DNA of 64,000 bases, taken from contig JBNRSN020000029.1 of the NCBI GenBank assembly GCA_051313645.2, forward strand, positions 21,514,001 to 21,578,000. The letters run 5' to 3'. This DNA is from Centroscyllium fabricii (taxonomy: Eukaryota). A program made the position numbers and the translations under genes. Of the stretch, positions 36,913 to 50,417 are shown piece by piece (positions within the stretch are counted from its first letter, which is position 1; each line of letters starts with the position of its first letter). The notes beneath the pieces were generated by a model. The model searched no databases and was not told where the DNA came from. It was given only the letters and a program-made list of their open reading frames with translations.

Positions 36913-37609
36913 CACCATAATTGAGGCTGGGGATATTGATTATTCCTCCTCCTCCTTTTAGTTGCTTAATTGTCCACCAGCTTTCATGGCTGGATTTGGC
37001 TGGACTGCAGAGCTTTGGCCGGATCATTTGATTGTGGGATCCCTTATCTCTGTATATAGCAGGGCAAAATATTTCCTCTTATCCATTTAAATGCATCCCA
37101 TCGTATTTCAATGTAGTGTGATAAATAAGTGCTGCAGGATCTTTATTGTCCTATACAATATTACCATTATATTGGTCGAACACAGACTGCATGTTGCTTG
37201 TACATGTCACGTAACTGAACCTCTGCTTGCACCTTTTATTTCCACAAATAACCCGCTATACTGTGCCTGAATCTGTATAATCATTTCCTCATTACCCAAA
37301 TCCAAAGAGCAATGTTATTGAAATAACGGGACTTGTAAATTTTCAAGTTTATTGCACTCAATGACCCTTCTTTCTTGATACACTGATAGGGGCGGGTCGC
37401 ACCTCGACTTCAATCCTCTCTTTTTATTTAAAAAAATGATTATCACTTTAAACGTCAGCTAAATGTTCCCTTCTCTACTCGTTGAAAACCAACTCATATC
37501 AACTTAACTTATCAATTCTAGATTCAGAAACTAATGCTGTCTTGGTTTTGCTGTTTTTTAGGTAGAGACAGAGAACTTGCAATTACTTTATGACTTTCGG
37601 AGTGCACAG

Positions 37610-38400
37610 AATCATAGACATTTACGGCACAGAAGGAGGCCATTCGGCCCATTGTGCCTGTGCCGGCCGCGTAAGTGCTATCTTGCCTAATCCCACTTTC
37701 CAAATCTAGGTCAGTAGCCTTACAGGTTACGTTATTTCAAGTGCAGATCCAAATATCTTTTCAAAGTTATGAGGGTTTTTGCCTCTACCACACTTTCAGG
37801 CAGTGAGTTCCAGAGTCCCACCACCCTCTGGGTGTGAACTGTCCTCCTCAGGTCCCTTCTAATCCTTCTATTAGTTACTTTAAACCTATGCCCCCTGATT
37901 ATAGGCCGCCCTGATAAAATAATTAGGTCCTTCCTATTCACAATCTCTAGGCCCCTCATAATTTTATGCAACTTAATAAAGTCTCCCCTCAGCTTCCTGT
38001 GTTCCAGGTACAACCCCAGCCTATCCAATCTTTCCTCATAGCTGAAAGATTCCAGTCCTGGCAACATCCTCGTGAATCTCTCTACCCTCTCGAGTGCAAT
38101 CACATCCTTCCTGTAATGCAGTGAGCTGAACTGTCAACAGTACTATAACTGTGGCATTACTAATATTTTATACACTTCAAGCATAGCTTCCCTGCTCTTA
38201 TATTCGATGCCTCGGTTAAGAAAGGAAAGTTTCTCGTATTCTTTCTTAACCATATTATCTACCTATCCTGTTACCGACAGGGATGTGCGGACACGCATTT
38301 CTAGGTCCCTTTTTTCCTCTACACTTCTCAGTGTCCTACCATGCATTGTGTATTCCCTTGCCTTGTTTGCCCACCCCAAATACATTACCCTACACTTTTC
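37610..38400 (-). mobile_element. CR1 3' fragment, minus strand, different subfamily
   Basis: ORF 37732-38103 ALERVERFTRMLPGLESFSYEERLDRLGL...TQRVVGLWNSLPE; tail ggccgaatggcc. Confidence 0.85.
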
Positions 38401-39468
38401 TGCCAACTGACCAGTCCATTATTTGCTTGTACACGCTGTAAATCAAAATTTTCTGCCAATGTTTTGGTCATTCCTCGCAATATCTCCTTTCTGAGACGGG
38501 CGTCCACTTCAGATAGTTTCATCTACGAAACAGTTTGAAACTTTTTTCCATATATCTTAAATGACAGAATAGAAATGTAAATGATCGTGTTAGCACTCAT
38601 TTCTCGCATTGAAATTACAGCAAAATCTATCATTAATTGAGTGCAGTCTCTACTGTCCGAGACATCAGGACACAATGTTCTCATCTGCTAAGCAACATGG
38701 TTAACAGCACCGCGATGTTAAAATAAGGGATACCATCCTTGCATTTTGTGTTTGATTTTCATCATCACAGCTCAAATACACCAGTAATTTAGGACGCAAA
38801 GCGAGCAATGAAGCAGAACTAGATTTTAATGCAGATTAACCCATTTAACTTATCCTGCAGTGAAGTTGCGGTACACAAAAGTGCTTGGAAACTGACTCAA
38901 AGAAAGATTCTTCCAAGAGTTCATTCACATCAAACTTAAAATTTCCAACCCGTAATCCATTTTTGAAACATCTGAATTTATCTTTGTTTACATAGGAAAA
39001 CACAAGCCATTCTGGATTCAAGAAGCCGTGCACTGCCGTTTCCACGATGGACTCTTTCTCCACCCATTGAATATCCTGAGGGAAACGTAAACATTAACAT
39101 ATGCAGACAATACAAAATGTAAATATTCAGTGAATACTGAAAATCGGAAGTAATTGCATTAAAAAAAAGTCATGTCTGAATTAGCACACACAGTTCAAGA
39201 ACCCCGTGAATGTCTCCTGTCCTCTTCGAAATGCAGAATAGTTCCGAGTTTAGCGGCAACTATGCAAATCTCAAAAAGAAACAAAAATCCTTTCAGAGCA
39301 GCGAATCTTTATGCTGCAACACAGTTATCTGCCACCAGAGAGTGCTTTACTAACCATGGCTAACTGAGGGTCTCCTGTGGCAGCAAAGCGGTACTACAGC
39401 AGCGCTGTGCATTCCTTGATGGAATATGTTCCTGTTATAATTGCACTCATCAGAGGATGGGTGCAGAT

Positions 39469-39869
39469 GAAACATAGAAACATAGAAACTAGGAGCAGGC
39501 CATTCGGCCCTTCGAGCCTGCTCCGCCATTCATTGAGATCATGGCTGATCATTCAAACCCAGTACCCCGCCCCTGCCCTCTCCCCATATCCCTCGATCCC
39601 TATCGAGCCTGTATCGACACACATCCCACCCTATCCCCGTAACCCCACTTATTCAATCCCCCTAACAATAAGGGTCAATTTATCATGGCCAATCAACCTA
39701 ACCCACACATCTTTGGACTGTGGGAGGAAACCGGAGCACCCGGTGGAAACCCACGCAGGCACGGGGAGAATGTGCAAACTCCACACAGATAGTACCCGAG
39801 GCTGGATTTTAACCCGGATCTCCAGTGCTGTGAGACAGCAGTGCTAACCACTGTGCCACCGTGCCGCCC
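39469..39869 (-). mobile_element. Full-length HE1-like V-SINE
   Basis: Reverse complement of the 1280-1680 family, including tRNA head and tail. Confidence 0.9.
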
Positions 39870-41032
39870 TATGAAGAAAGCACTTTGCTCCATTTGCTCT
39901 CTTTGCTCCAAGTAGGAATCTTACAGTCTTCCCAATAGTGCATCTAGAAGTGGCTTAAATATGTGTACAGTCATATCCTTAGTCCCAGTCTCTGGCAACA
40001 CATCCCAGATGTTGGTGATACCGCGTCCTACACTTACCTTTGACAAGTTAGAATATGTCAAAGGTTTATTTTTTGGTTCACATTCTCTAATGGTCAGCGT
40101 CTTGCATGTTAACTCACACATAACCTTCTTGTACGTTAATACACTTATCAGCGTCTCATATGTTAACGCACTTCTAAATTAACTCACATATTGTCCCCAA
40201 CCTCTCCCTTCCCACGGCCCCCGAGCTCTTTACCTGGACGCCGGACCATTGAATAGCAAATTTTTCAGTCCAAATCGTCACTACACTGTGACATTTGATA
40301 TTTAACAATGGCGGAGCACGCTCGAGAGGCCGTATGACCTGCTTCAGCTCTTTCTTCTTACGTTCGTATATTCTTATTCAACAACCTCCATTATACATAT
40401 CGCCCACATTTATAATTCCCCCAGGACTTGATTAGGTGAAATTATCTTGGGCAGCAGCCAAAAGCAGGCAATAGCCAATTTCCTGCCGGTTTCGCACCGC
40501 TCCCTTGTCTTTCCAGTGACTGCAATGAAAATTAAATTGCTGGGTGTAAAAGAAGCGGCCCATCCGGTTTCAGCCTGAAAATTATCATTTACGCAATTGA
40601 CTGTTTCCGGTTGGATTAAAATCAACTTATTATAATGTTTACCTCTTAAAATGACAAGTGTATCCGTTTGAGACGGCAGCCAGCATAACATGAATAAAAA
40701 CCCATATGGTTCTGAATTTGTGGTTAACAGCGAAGCAAAAGTGTTTGCTAAAGGCCCAGAATAATGTTTCACACGAAGATCTCGCGATCTCTGTGCTGAT
40801 AATGTCGGGATTTCCAAAGCCTAATTCTAATCAACGGAGCATAGTGAAGAGTCCTCTGGCGCAAGCTGCTGTGATGTCAACAAGCTGTCTAAGCAGCCAA
40901 TCCAACGGCATCATTCTCACGAGAGCGAACAAGAACATGGGCAAGCTCGTAAAATTGTAACTTATTACAAATGTTAGGGAACAAAACACAGATTGGGCTA
41001 TTACTTGGGGAAAAGGCAAAGGTGATATAAAG

Positions 41033-41212
41033 ATAGAAACATAGAAACATAGAAACTAGGAGCAGGAGTAGGCCATTCGGCCCTTCGAGCCTGCTCCGCC
41101 ATTCAATGAGATCATGGCTGATCACCCAAACCCAGTATCCCACCCCTGATCACTCCCCATATCCCTCGATCTATATCGAGCCTGCACCGACACATATCCC
41201 ACCCTATCCCCG
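41033..41212 (-). mobile_element. 5'-truncated HE1-like SINE
   Basis: (atagaaac)n followed by aggagcaggagtaggccattcggcccttcgagcc.... Confidence 0.85.
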
Positions 41213-41239
41213 ATGAAGAAACTTAAAAAATATTGTGTC

Positions 41240-42000
41240 AACTATATTTCCACTATATGCCCACTGACTGCCTCAGCTACCTGGACTACACTTCCTACCA
41301 ACCAGCTTCCTTTAAGGACTCTATTCCATTCTCCCAGTTTATCTGTCTCCGTCGCATCTGTTCGGACGATGTCACCTTCCATAATTGTGTTTCTGATATA
41401 TCTTCCTTTTTCCTCAACCTAAGATTCCCCTTTACCTTGGTTGACACGGCCCTCGACCGTGTCCATTCCATTACCGGAACTGCTGCTCTCACCGCTTCCC
41501 CTCCCTCACAGAAACACGATCGTGTTTCGCTTGTCCTCACCTTTCACACCACCTGTCTCCACATTCAACAGATTATCTTACACCATTTCCGACACTTTCA
41601 TCAGGATCTCACCATCAAACTCATCTTCCCCTATCCCCGCTTCAAAGATTCTGAATGGACTGCTCCACCCAGGACTCCCTGGTCCACTCCTCTATCACAC
41701 ATAACACTACTCCCCTTCACCAGGCACCTGCCCGAGCAAGCACAGAGGATGCAACACCTGCCCTTTTACCTCAGCCTTTCCCAACATCCAGGACCTGAAA
41801 AAATCCTTCCAGGTTAAACAGCGATTTAGTTGTACTTATTACAATTTAGGATACTGTTTTCGCTGCTCGCGATGTGGTGTCCTCTACATTGGGGAGACCA
41901 AATGCAGATTGTGTGATAGCTTTGTGGAACACCGCCTTTCAGTGCAAATTAATGACTCCGAGCGCCTGATCGCCTGTCACTATAGTTCCCCCCTGCACTC
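41240..42000 (+). mobile_element. Penelope-like element fragment (RT C-terminus plus GIY-YIG)
   Basis: PTDCLSYLDYTSYQPASFKDSIPFSQFICLRRICSDD, followed by FRCSRCGVLYIGETK-like GIY-YIG sequence; homologous to 14190-14950. Confidence 0.82.
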
Positions 42001-42144
42001 CCTGAAGTCGGCAGTATAACTGAGAGCTCTTTTTACAGTTGATAGAAGGGTTGCATAACATTACTGCTGGAAATCCCTCTTTGTTTCCCGGGACCTGGCT
42101 CTGAGTGCCTGAGTGTGGGAGTGATATAGATCTTGTCCTGTAAT

Positions 42145-42512
42145 GGGCGGCACGGAGGCACAGTGGTTAGCACTGTTGTCTCACAGCACTGGAGACCCGG
42201 GTTCAAATCCAGCCTCGGGTACTATCTGTGTGGAGTTTGCACATTCTCCCCGTGTCTGCGTGGGTTTCCTCTGGGTGCTCCGGTTTCCTCCCACAGTCCA
42301 AAGATGTGCGGGTTTGGTTGAGTGGCCATGATAAAGTGACCCTTAGTGTTAGGGGGTTTGCATATGTGGGGTTACGGTGGGAGGCTCGATAGGGATATGG
42401 GGAGAGGGCAGGGGCGGGGTGCTGGGTTTGGAGGATCAGCCATGATCTCGTTGAATGGCTGAGCGGGCTCGAATGGCCTACTCCTGCTCCTAGTTTCTAT
42501 CTATGTTTCTAT
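42145..42512 (+). mobile_element. Full-length HE1-like V-SINE with internal deletions
   Basis: gggcggcacggaggcacagtggttagcactg...V-core...gatcagccatgatctc...tttctat. Confidence 0.9.
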
Positions 42513-43227
42513 TCTAACACTTTTTGTGTTATTAAAGTCTAACCAGTGCATGCCAGCATCCAGTAATACATCATCAACCGATTCACCATATCAATAGCTC
42601 CTATAGGTTACAGAAGTTTCTTTTGCGCATCATCCGTTTTCTCCCCTTCTCTCCCGTCCTTAAATTAGTGTCAGGCTGGTGCAATGTCCCAAGTGTGCTG
42701 TCCCTGAGAGAAGAAAATTGTTATGATAGAGTCCCAAGCGTGCAACAAATGCTCTGCTGAAATCTGACAAACATGAAACTATTTGACTATATGTGAGGCA
42801 TAATTAGCCTCATGCAATTGTCGTCTGAAGTTTACACGTTTGCGTGTTTCCCCAGAGCTGCCTGGAAGTGTCCAGGAGCTGTTACATCGGCTGTTGTCTC
42901 CCTATCGAGGGGTTGCAGAGGTTAAGTGTAACGCCGCTGTCCCTAGCTCAGGGGGCGGCACAGACTCGAAACAAGCTCATTGTTACAGCGAAAACACAGA
43001 CCCGAAATAACATGATCTGATCAGTAAACCTTCATTGTCTTCAGCAGCAGAGGAAACCCCGTCGAGTGTATTCCGGGGGAAACTAATGTGGTATCGCATT
43101 AATGGAACTGGTCATTGAAAACTCCACCCAGATCCCACCACATTTTACTAAAAAACACTAATTATGAAAATTAAATCGACAACCTAAATGTTTCCATACA
43201 TGTATTAAGATATTTTTCATTACAACA

Positions 43228-44497
43228 ACATAAGAAATAGGAGCAGGTGTAGGCACATCGGCCCCTCGAGCCTGCAACGCCATTAAACAAGATCATGGCT
43301 GATCTGATCTTAACCTCAAATCTACTTTCACTCTCAATCCCACCCGAACCCATGCGATCTCCCCGGAGCGGTGAAAAAAACAGACAAAATCCCAGTGGCT
43401 AATTTGGGAGAAAAATCTGGGAAATTCCACTCCGACCCATCTAGGCCAGGGGTCCCCAACCTTTTTGGCTCCGCGGTCCATTTTGAGGTTCGCAATTTTT
43501 TCGTGGCCCGGCGGGGGGGGGGGGTGGGTGCTGGCGGGGTGGGAGGTGCTGGCAGGGGGGGTGCTGGCGGGGGGGGGGTGCTGGCAGGGGGAGGGGTGCT
43601 GGCGGGGGGGGGTCGGGTTCGGGCTTTCTCTCACTGCTTCCGTCTGTGCCTCGAACGCCCTCCCCCTCACCGCCTACGTCTGTGCCTCGAATGCCATCTC
43701 CTCACCGCCCACGTCACGACGTAAGCGGTGAAAAAAAAGGCGTTCGAGGCACAGACGCAAGCCCTACGTCTGTGCCTCGTTAAACGGCTTCCGTCTGTGC
43801 ATCATTAAATGAGGCACAGACGGAAACAAGCGGTCCAGCCAAAAAAAAGCGTTATTTAAGGAGGAAGCGAAAATTGTTCCACGGCCCGGTAAAATTGTCC
43901 CGCGGAGGGGTGCCGGTCCGCGGACCGGTGGTTGGGGACCACTGATCTAGGTGATTGAAACTTGTCCTGGAGATCACATGCTCGATCTGAACCAAGCCTC
44001 ACGTCCACTTACTTGCCCGCTCACCATAACCACTAATTTCCTTTACTGGCAAGACACTGTCTATCTCGGTTTTAAACGTATTCAAAGTAGTAGCTTCAAA
44101 AGCTCTCTGGAGCAGCAAATTCCACAGACACACCACCCTCTGAGTGAGGAAGTTTCTTCTCATCTCAGTTTTGAAAAGACAGCCCTTATTCTCAGATTAT
44201 GCCCCCTAGTTCTAGTCTCACCCATCAGTGGAAATCCCCTCGCCGCATTCACCCCATCATACCCTTCAGAATCTTATATGTTTCGATAAGATCGCTTCTC
44301 ACTCTTCTGGACTCCAATGAGTAGAGGCCCAAACTACTCAACCTTTCGTCATATATCAACTCCGTCATCTCCGGAAGCAACCGAGTGAACCTTCTCTGAA
44401 CTGCCTCGAGAGCAAGTATATCCTTTCTCAAATATGGAAACCAAAACTGTACACAGTATTCCAGATGTGGCCTCACCAATACCCTGTATAACTGCAG
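43228..44497 (-). mobile_element. CR1 3' fragment (minus strand) interrupted by other repeat sequence and a hAT MITE
   Basis: ORF 44249-44530 LQLYRVLVRPHLEYCVQFWFPYLRKD...; CR1 3' UTR at 43228-43320. Confidence 0.8.
43447..43944. mobile_element. hAT/Charlie-type MITE, 498 bp
   Basis: TIRs CAGGGGTCCCCAACC / GGTTGGGGACCACTG (14/15) and 8-bp TSD ATCTAGGC / ATCTAGGT. Internal G-rich GGTGCTGGC(A/G)GGG repeats and repeated GTCTGTGCCTCG. Confidence 0.88.
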
Positions 44498-44499
44498 CA

Positions 44500-45899
44500 G
44501 GATTGTCAGTCCTGCAAGAACTGAAATCATTGAGACAAGGGTGAGGAAGGTGAAGGTGCAGAGAGAGGTGAAGATGAAGATATTCTGGTGTCTGCAAGTC
44601 TGAAATATGCAGTGTTTCGAGGCCCGTTACACTTCGCAGTGTGGAAGGAAATGAAACAGATTATCTCTGCAGGTAAGAAACTCCACAGCGTTGTGTCCAC
44701 TTTCTGTGGTGTTCTGCTCTCCTCCCCCAACTCCTGAAGGTGCTGCCTATTGCTGGGTACAGATCACCGGGGCAGCAGCACTCGGGCCTCACTCAATGGG
44801 CCATTATTTATGTGGGACCTGAGATTGAGCGACTCACGTATGAGGCATTATCAGAACATCTTCTCATTTGACATCCAGACCTTCGCACTTTCCAGTTGGA
44901 CGTATTGGACCGTGATCAGCCTCGGACCCCGGGCTGATTGTGTTCCTCTCTGTTCCAGGATTCACTGGGCAGTGATCAGACTGGGACGCCGGGCTGATTG
45001 GGTTCCTCTCTGACCCAGGACTCACTGGGCAGTGATCAGACTGGGACCCCGGGCTGATTGGGTTCCTCTCTGACCCAGGACACACTGGGCAGTGATCAGA
45101 CTGTGACCCTGTAATATCTGTTAACCATATACTGAAGTTTAGGAATATATCTAACTGCACATTGTCACCAGTCTGTAATACATGTTCACTATATGCTGGA
45201 ATCTAGGAATATATCTAACTGTACACTGTAACCAGTCTCCACCATTTTCTAATGCGGATATCTTGGACTGATTCCTGAGTCCATTTCAACAGAAATCAAT
45301 TATTAACCTGTGTCCGTACACCATCCTCTCTCTAATAATTTTTAACATGATTGCATTTTTGTTTGCACCGGTCCCAGCCTCATTGACCATGGAACCAAAC
45401 ATAGCTTATCATGTCTGAGGACTTGTCCAGTGTGGGACTTGGTAACAGAAAGTTACTGCTTTCTGATAACCTGGATGAATTCACTGCTGCTCTCTGCCCT
45501 GGGTTCACAGGGACTCACATCAGGGAAATACTACTGGACGGTGGTGTTCAGGGAAAATACTGGGTGCACGTTGGGTTTGGCAGAGTGCCATGCAATAGGA
45601 AAGGAGAGTTCATCCTGGTGCGTGAACATTCCTGCTGGATTTTGCATCCATGAAATGGGATTGAGGATAGAGCTGTTGAAAGCCCATTAGTCGCACTAAA
45701 CTCGAGTGTGAATCCCAGGACTATCGGAGTTCAGCTGGACCAAGAGCGAGGACATGTGACCTTTTACAATGCTGACAGGTTCTATCTCTACAATTTCACT
45801 GACACATTCATTGAGAAACCATTTCCTTTGTTTTATCGTGGTTTGCGCGTTGAGGGTAAAAATGCTGCTCCTCTTAAACTGCGTCATTTCGAAACCTAG
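44500..45899 (+). pseudogene. TRIM-family (B30.2/PRY-SPRY) pseudogene, last two exons
   Basis: Exon ending LKYAVFRGPLHFAVWKEMKQIISA with G|GTAAG donor at 44673. PRY-SPRY exon from ~45372 behind a mutated acceptor (CGG): VPASLTMEP..., MSEDLSSV, LGSQGLTSGKYYWTV, NRKGEF, IGVQLDQERGHVTFYNAD...FTDTFIEKPFPLF, spread across frameshifts. Confidence 0.85.
44905..45110. repeat. 60-bp minisatellite, ~3.4 copies, in the TRIM intron
   Basis: gtgatcagactgggac(g/c)ccgggctgattgggttcctctctgacccaggac(t/a)cactgggca with period 60. Confidence 0.9.
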
Positions 45900-46664
45900 G
45901 TTCCTAAAGTTACGTCTCAGAATACGCAGACAATGTGTCCTCTGCTGGGCGAATATTTCACATCTCACACTGTAACTTCGAGACACAGCAGGATGCAGCA
46001 CTGGGAACGTGGCATGTCAACATATAGTGGGGTTGAGAGTGTTGGGTTGGTGAATTGTAAATGTTTCTTGCGCTGATCTCGTGGGCTGTGATCACAGACT
46101 GGGACGGCTGTTACTGCGCGGGTTCATGAGATTCCAACGTGACTTCCTGGCCGTTCGCATCAGCTGTCCAATCTGGAACTCTTCACTCCTGGTCATTCCA
46201 CTGTGTGAGGCCCTGCTGCTCTTTGTGTATCCGGGGTCTGTTTTACAAATTCCGTCATTGCCGTTCTCCGTGAGGAAACCGGAGTAGCGGGATTCCGGAT
46301 TCAGACTGCACTGTTCGCACATACGCAGTGGCTCGTTGAATAAAAATACATCAAATTCACAACTGCTGTATATAAATGGGGAATATTGTTTCTGCACAGG
46401 CTCAAACAAAAAGGGTTCGCTGAGTTAACTCTCTGGCTTGTAATTAGAGACAGAAACTCACGATAGAAACTTGCATCAGCTGGCTCCAGAACATCTGAAA
46501 ATCTAAAAAAACTTGGCAACAGACCAGATGATGGGGGCACCAATATACTTTGAGGGCCTCCACAAGTCTTTTCCAACCACGAGTAGAGGTAAGACTTTTA
46601 TTAAGATGTTCTTCTGGGACAGACCTTTGTTTTCATATAAGGGAGCCCATTTTATAAATTCAAA

Positions 46665-46792
46665 AAATCTATCCCCATCCCGAATGCTCCAGTTCTGGAG
46701 ATTGATCATCGACCTGAAACGACAACTCTGTTTCTCTCTCCACCGATGCTGCCTGACCTGCCGAGTTTCTCGCGCGTTTTGTGTTGTTATTG
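46665..46792 (+). mobile_element. Short Penelope pLTR-type fragment
   Basis: tcatcgacctgaaacgacaactctgtttctctctccaccgatgctgcctgacctgccgagtttct resembles 15335-15420 and is absent from unit A at ~13425. Confidence 0.6.
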
Positions 46793-49700
46793 GTGAGTTC
46801 TTGTTATTGTTAAATCAATTCTAACTCATGCATCAATTGTGGATATTGTTTAATTATAATGCCGTATTGTACTGCCAATAATAAATCACTATTTTGTTTA
46901 TAAAGCCAAGGGTTATGCCTGAATGTTCGTATTTGCTGAAAGTGCCACTAGCTTAAATTGAAAGCATTAGTGTATTTGTTGTTTTTTTCTGTACAATAAG
47001 GGTGAAATTGAAGCGTGATTTACGTCAAGCATAAAGCAAATATCCGCGATTTTTAACGTTGGTTTAAAAGTCATTTTGCCTCAAGACGGCCCCGCCCACA
47101 AAGATGGCTGAGCCCTCGGATGGAAATAATGAGCCCGGCGGGTTTCCGTCCATTGAATTAGTTCCAGGAGAATCTTTGAATTAAGATTTTCTCAGGCGCA
47201 CAGGCACCAGTCGGCACGGTATAACAGTTTCTACAGGTAAAACAAACTAATTTGCTAAGAAACTGACTAGTATTCAACAATAAAAGTACTCAATGGCTTA
47301 TTATCGTTAGTTTTCATTCATTTTCAGTGCATTAAAATTTAGAGGTTGCAGTGACTCAAACAGCTCAAACTCAGTTCCCAGCTCCACCATTCATTTGTAT
47401 TTGTCACTGATTCCTTTGGTTCAGTGGAGAGAGGCTCTTCCTGATTTGTACCTCGGCAAACTAGTGACCCAAATTGGCACCAATCTCAATCTAGAGGACG
47501 ACTTTGGCAAAGTCGATAGCACTCTTGACTTTGTAGCAGACTTTGGCTGGTCAGAATACCTAGGCTGGTGTGTATGTCAAGCGGATTACCAGTCCAGGAG
47601 GGGGCAGCAATTGTGATTGGACTCTGCTGCCATCCTAAATTCTTTCACAGGGTCACGAAAAATGATATATAAATGTAAGGTATTGATTCTAGTATTCAAC
47701 TGCTTTATTGAGCATTGCCTGCAACCTGTTAGCTATTGTAATATCAATTCAGAGGCTATTAGTGTAATGCATTGAACATTGGCAGCGACTTCTTCAGCTT
47801 TATATCTGCCTTTCCAACCATACTCCTTTCATGTCCCCACTTACCAGGCTTTGTGTTGATATTGCAGATGCAAACACCAGCTGATCACTCATGTTTCACA
47901 GCTGCCATGAGGCAAAGGCCATTTCACTTCCAGGGGGCTCCTGCTGCAAGTCATCCGCCATCCGCCTCTGTACCTGCAGCCACTGAAGGACCTATACAGA
48001 CAAGTAAGATGCTGGACATTAAATAGTGAAGAGTGTAATCGCCAAAGCTGGAAATGTTGAAAGTAAAAAATGTATTAGTTTTACAAAAGTATTATGAATA
48101 TTGGACACCCCGAATAGATGTATGTTGGACATCTTGGGGAGTTCAGAGTTAAAATCGAACACATTTGCTTCTTAGAACAACAGTTATTTCAGGATATACA
48201 GGATGGATTTGAAGTATCGTGTGATGAATCTATATTTAAAAGGTTTGTGAGTGTATCGCTGAGTAACATAAACCAATTGGGCATGATTCCTGAAATAATT
48301 TCAATTTGCGATCGATGTACATTCTATTGAAAGTCAGAAAATTATATGTGAGAATGATCGATTGTTAGGTTTCCTTTGGCGATGTTTGTTTATTTGACTA
48401 CAGAAAGAATAATGTATTTTATAGCCTGACAACTACCCGATATTGGGACCATGTAGGTGTGATTGAGAAATAAATTCATTATTTTGACCAGACAATATAA
48501 GAGCCCAGGAATTGCTTGTATCTGATGTCAAGTGTGGTATGATATTGGGATGCCTGTGTGGGTACAAATATGATATATTGTGCAAGAGACAAGTATCATG
48601 TGTTAATGCATGGTAAATATGCACCGAATAATGGGTCTCAGACATGCTCAGTTAATTGACATCAGTGGGACACGAAATTATTAATGTGTCCAAGGAATGC
48701 GAGAATGTTCTTTTAATGGCTCTGATGGGAGCTCCATAGAGAAATAAAACTTTAAATGAAGCAATAATACGTTAAATACACTAGTACATTTCAGAGGGAT
48801 GGGAATTAAAGTAAAGAGGGACATAGAATTTAAATGTCTAAAATTCAGGGTTGAATTACTTTGAGGCGTCAATGAAATTGGGATCATTGCAAAATAGTGG
48901 GAGTATTACTGAGCAAGAATACCGACAAGCTGGATACTGGTAAAAGGGTAGCGGGAACATTGTATGTCCCTGATTTCTTTGTATTACGGTACATTGTAAT
49001 GTGCTGAGCAATGTTTCACTATTTCCATTGTCTGTATCATGATGTGTAACAAATAAATCTGACGCAAGACGATCAAATTGATCGAGATAGATATGTGATG
49101 CTAATAATATTTAAACATTAAATAAACCCAAGAATGATCGCCGTGGGCTGTGGGAGATTAAGGTCGAGTAGTGAAGGTACCAATTATCTGTGATTACTTC
49201 AGGAGTTTCATTACCCTAATATTAAATGACTGATGTTGTGTATGAAACGGTGTAATGTTGGGACTGAAAATGGGAAATGAACTAGAATTATAAAGTATAG
49301 GATATCAAGCTCTCTATATGAGCATGCATCATTTGAAATAATAAATGGGGAGCTGTATGTTGGACATCTTGGGGAGGTAAGGGTTAATAGTCGAACTTTT
49401 TTGGAATTTGGAACAACAGTTCTTCGAAAATATACAGCATGGCTTTGAAGTATCGTGTGAGGAATGCATAGATTTTTTTCAAATACGTATAGTACTTGTG
49501 TAAGGAAATAATGACAACTATGGTGTCAGCCATAATTGATGAAATCAAACTTTCGTTGCTAATCAACAAAGGCAGAGGTATTCATTAGCTCCAGTATATA
49601 AAAATAACTTTTAATAAAGCTTGTTCTTCGAGACTAAGAATAGTTACACCAGGAAGTCGTGTTTGAGGGAAATAGCTTGTGAATAACCAACTACAACTGC

Positions 49701-50417
49701 TTTCATGCATAGCATGTCTTTAATTGTTTTGGGAACAGACACAACATGAAGTCTTAGCTATGACATGCACATGTGACTTAGGGAAGATAGAGTGTATAAA
49801 GGAGCTCTGTTTTCAAAAGTTCAGTAGTTCTTCGGAGAGCTCGAAAGACACATTAACCGAAAAGCATCTGCCTCTGTATACAGTCAGGCCGATCACTGTG
49901 CCTTATATCAGTAAAGTCTGTTTTTGTATACTGTACCGCCAACTCTCTCTTACTAATTCGAAATGTGTTGTTGTGAACCATAGAAGGACGGAAACGGAAT
50001 GCTAACATTTACCACTAAAATGATTTGCTGCAATTAATTAGTGAGATTGGTCGCATTTCAGCGTGAAATAACATGGGCTTCTGACATGGTGCTGCTTCTA
50101 AAGAGTTAAAAGTGAACATGTGACTTAGATCAAACTTTTGTCACGGGGGTCACTGTAATTTTAGGAATGTTAATGCTTAGAAGATTGAAATTAATTCAGG
50201 TGAAGTTGTTCCTAGTCAGCCGTTGTCGCCTCTGATCATGACCAGGCTCCAAGGATTTTTCGCCAAGCTCAGGCTTCGACTGTGGCTCTCTGACATCAGT
50301 CTACTGACTCTAATTTATTGGGGCATCATCTAGGATCTTTTCGGAATCACTGGGGTGTTTGCAACATTGTGTTACATGCAGCAGATTTATTTGCTGTAAG
50401 AGATTATAATATATAAT

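Noticed and set aside
43293-43731. Gly/Pro-rich ORFs
   Set aside because: They arise from low-complexity G-runs inside the hAT MITE.
44905-45110. 60-bp repeats as a CRISPR array or coding repeat
   Set aside because: Head-to-tail minisatellite without spacers, inside an intron.
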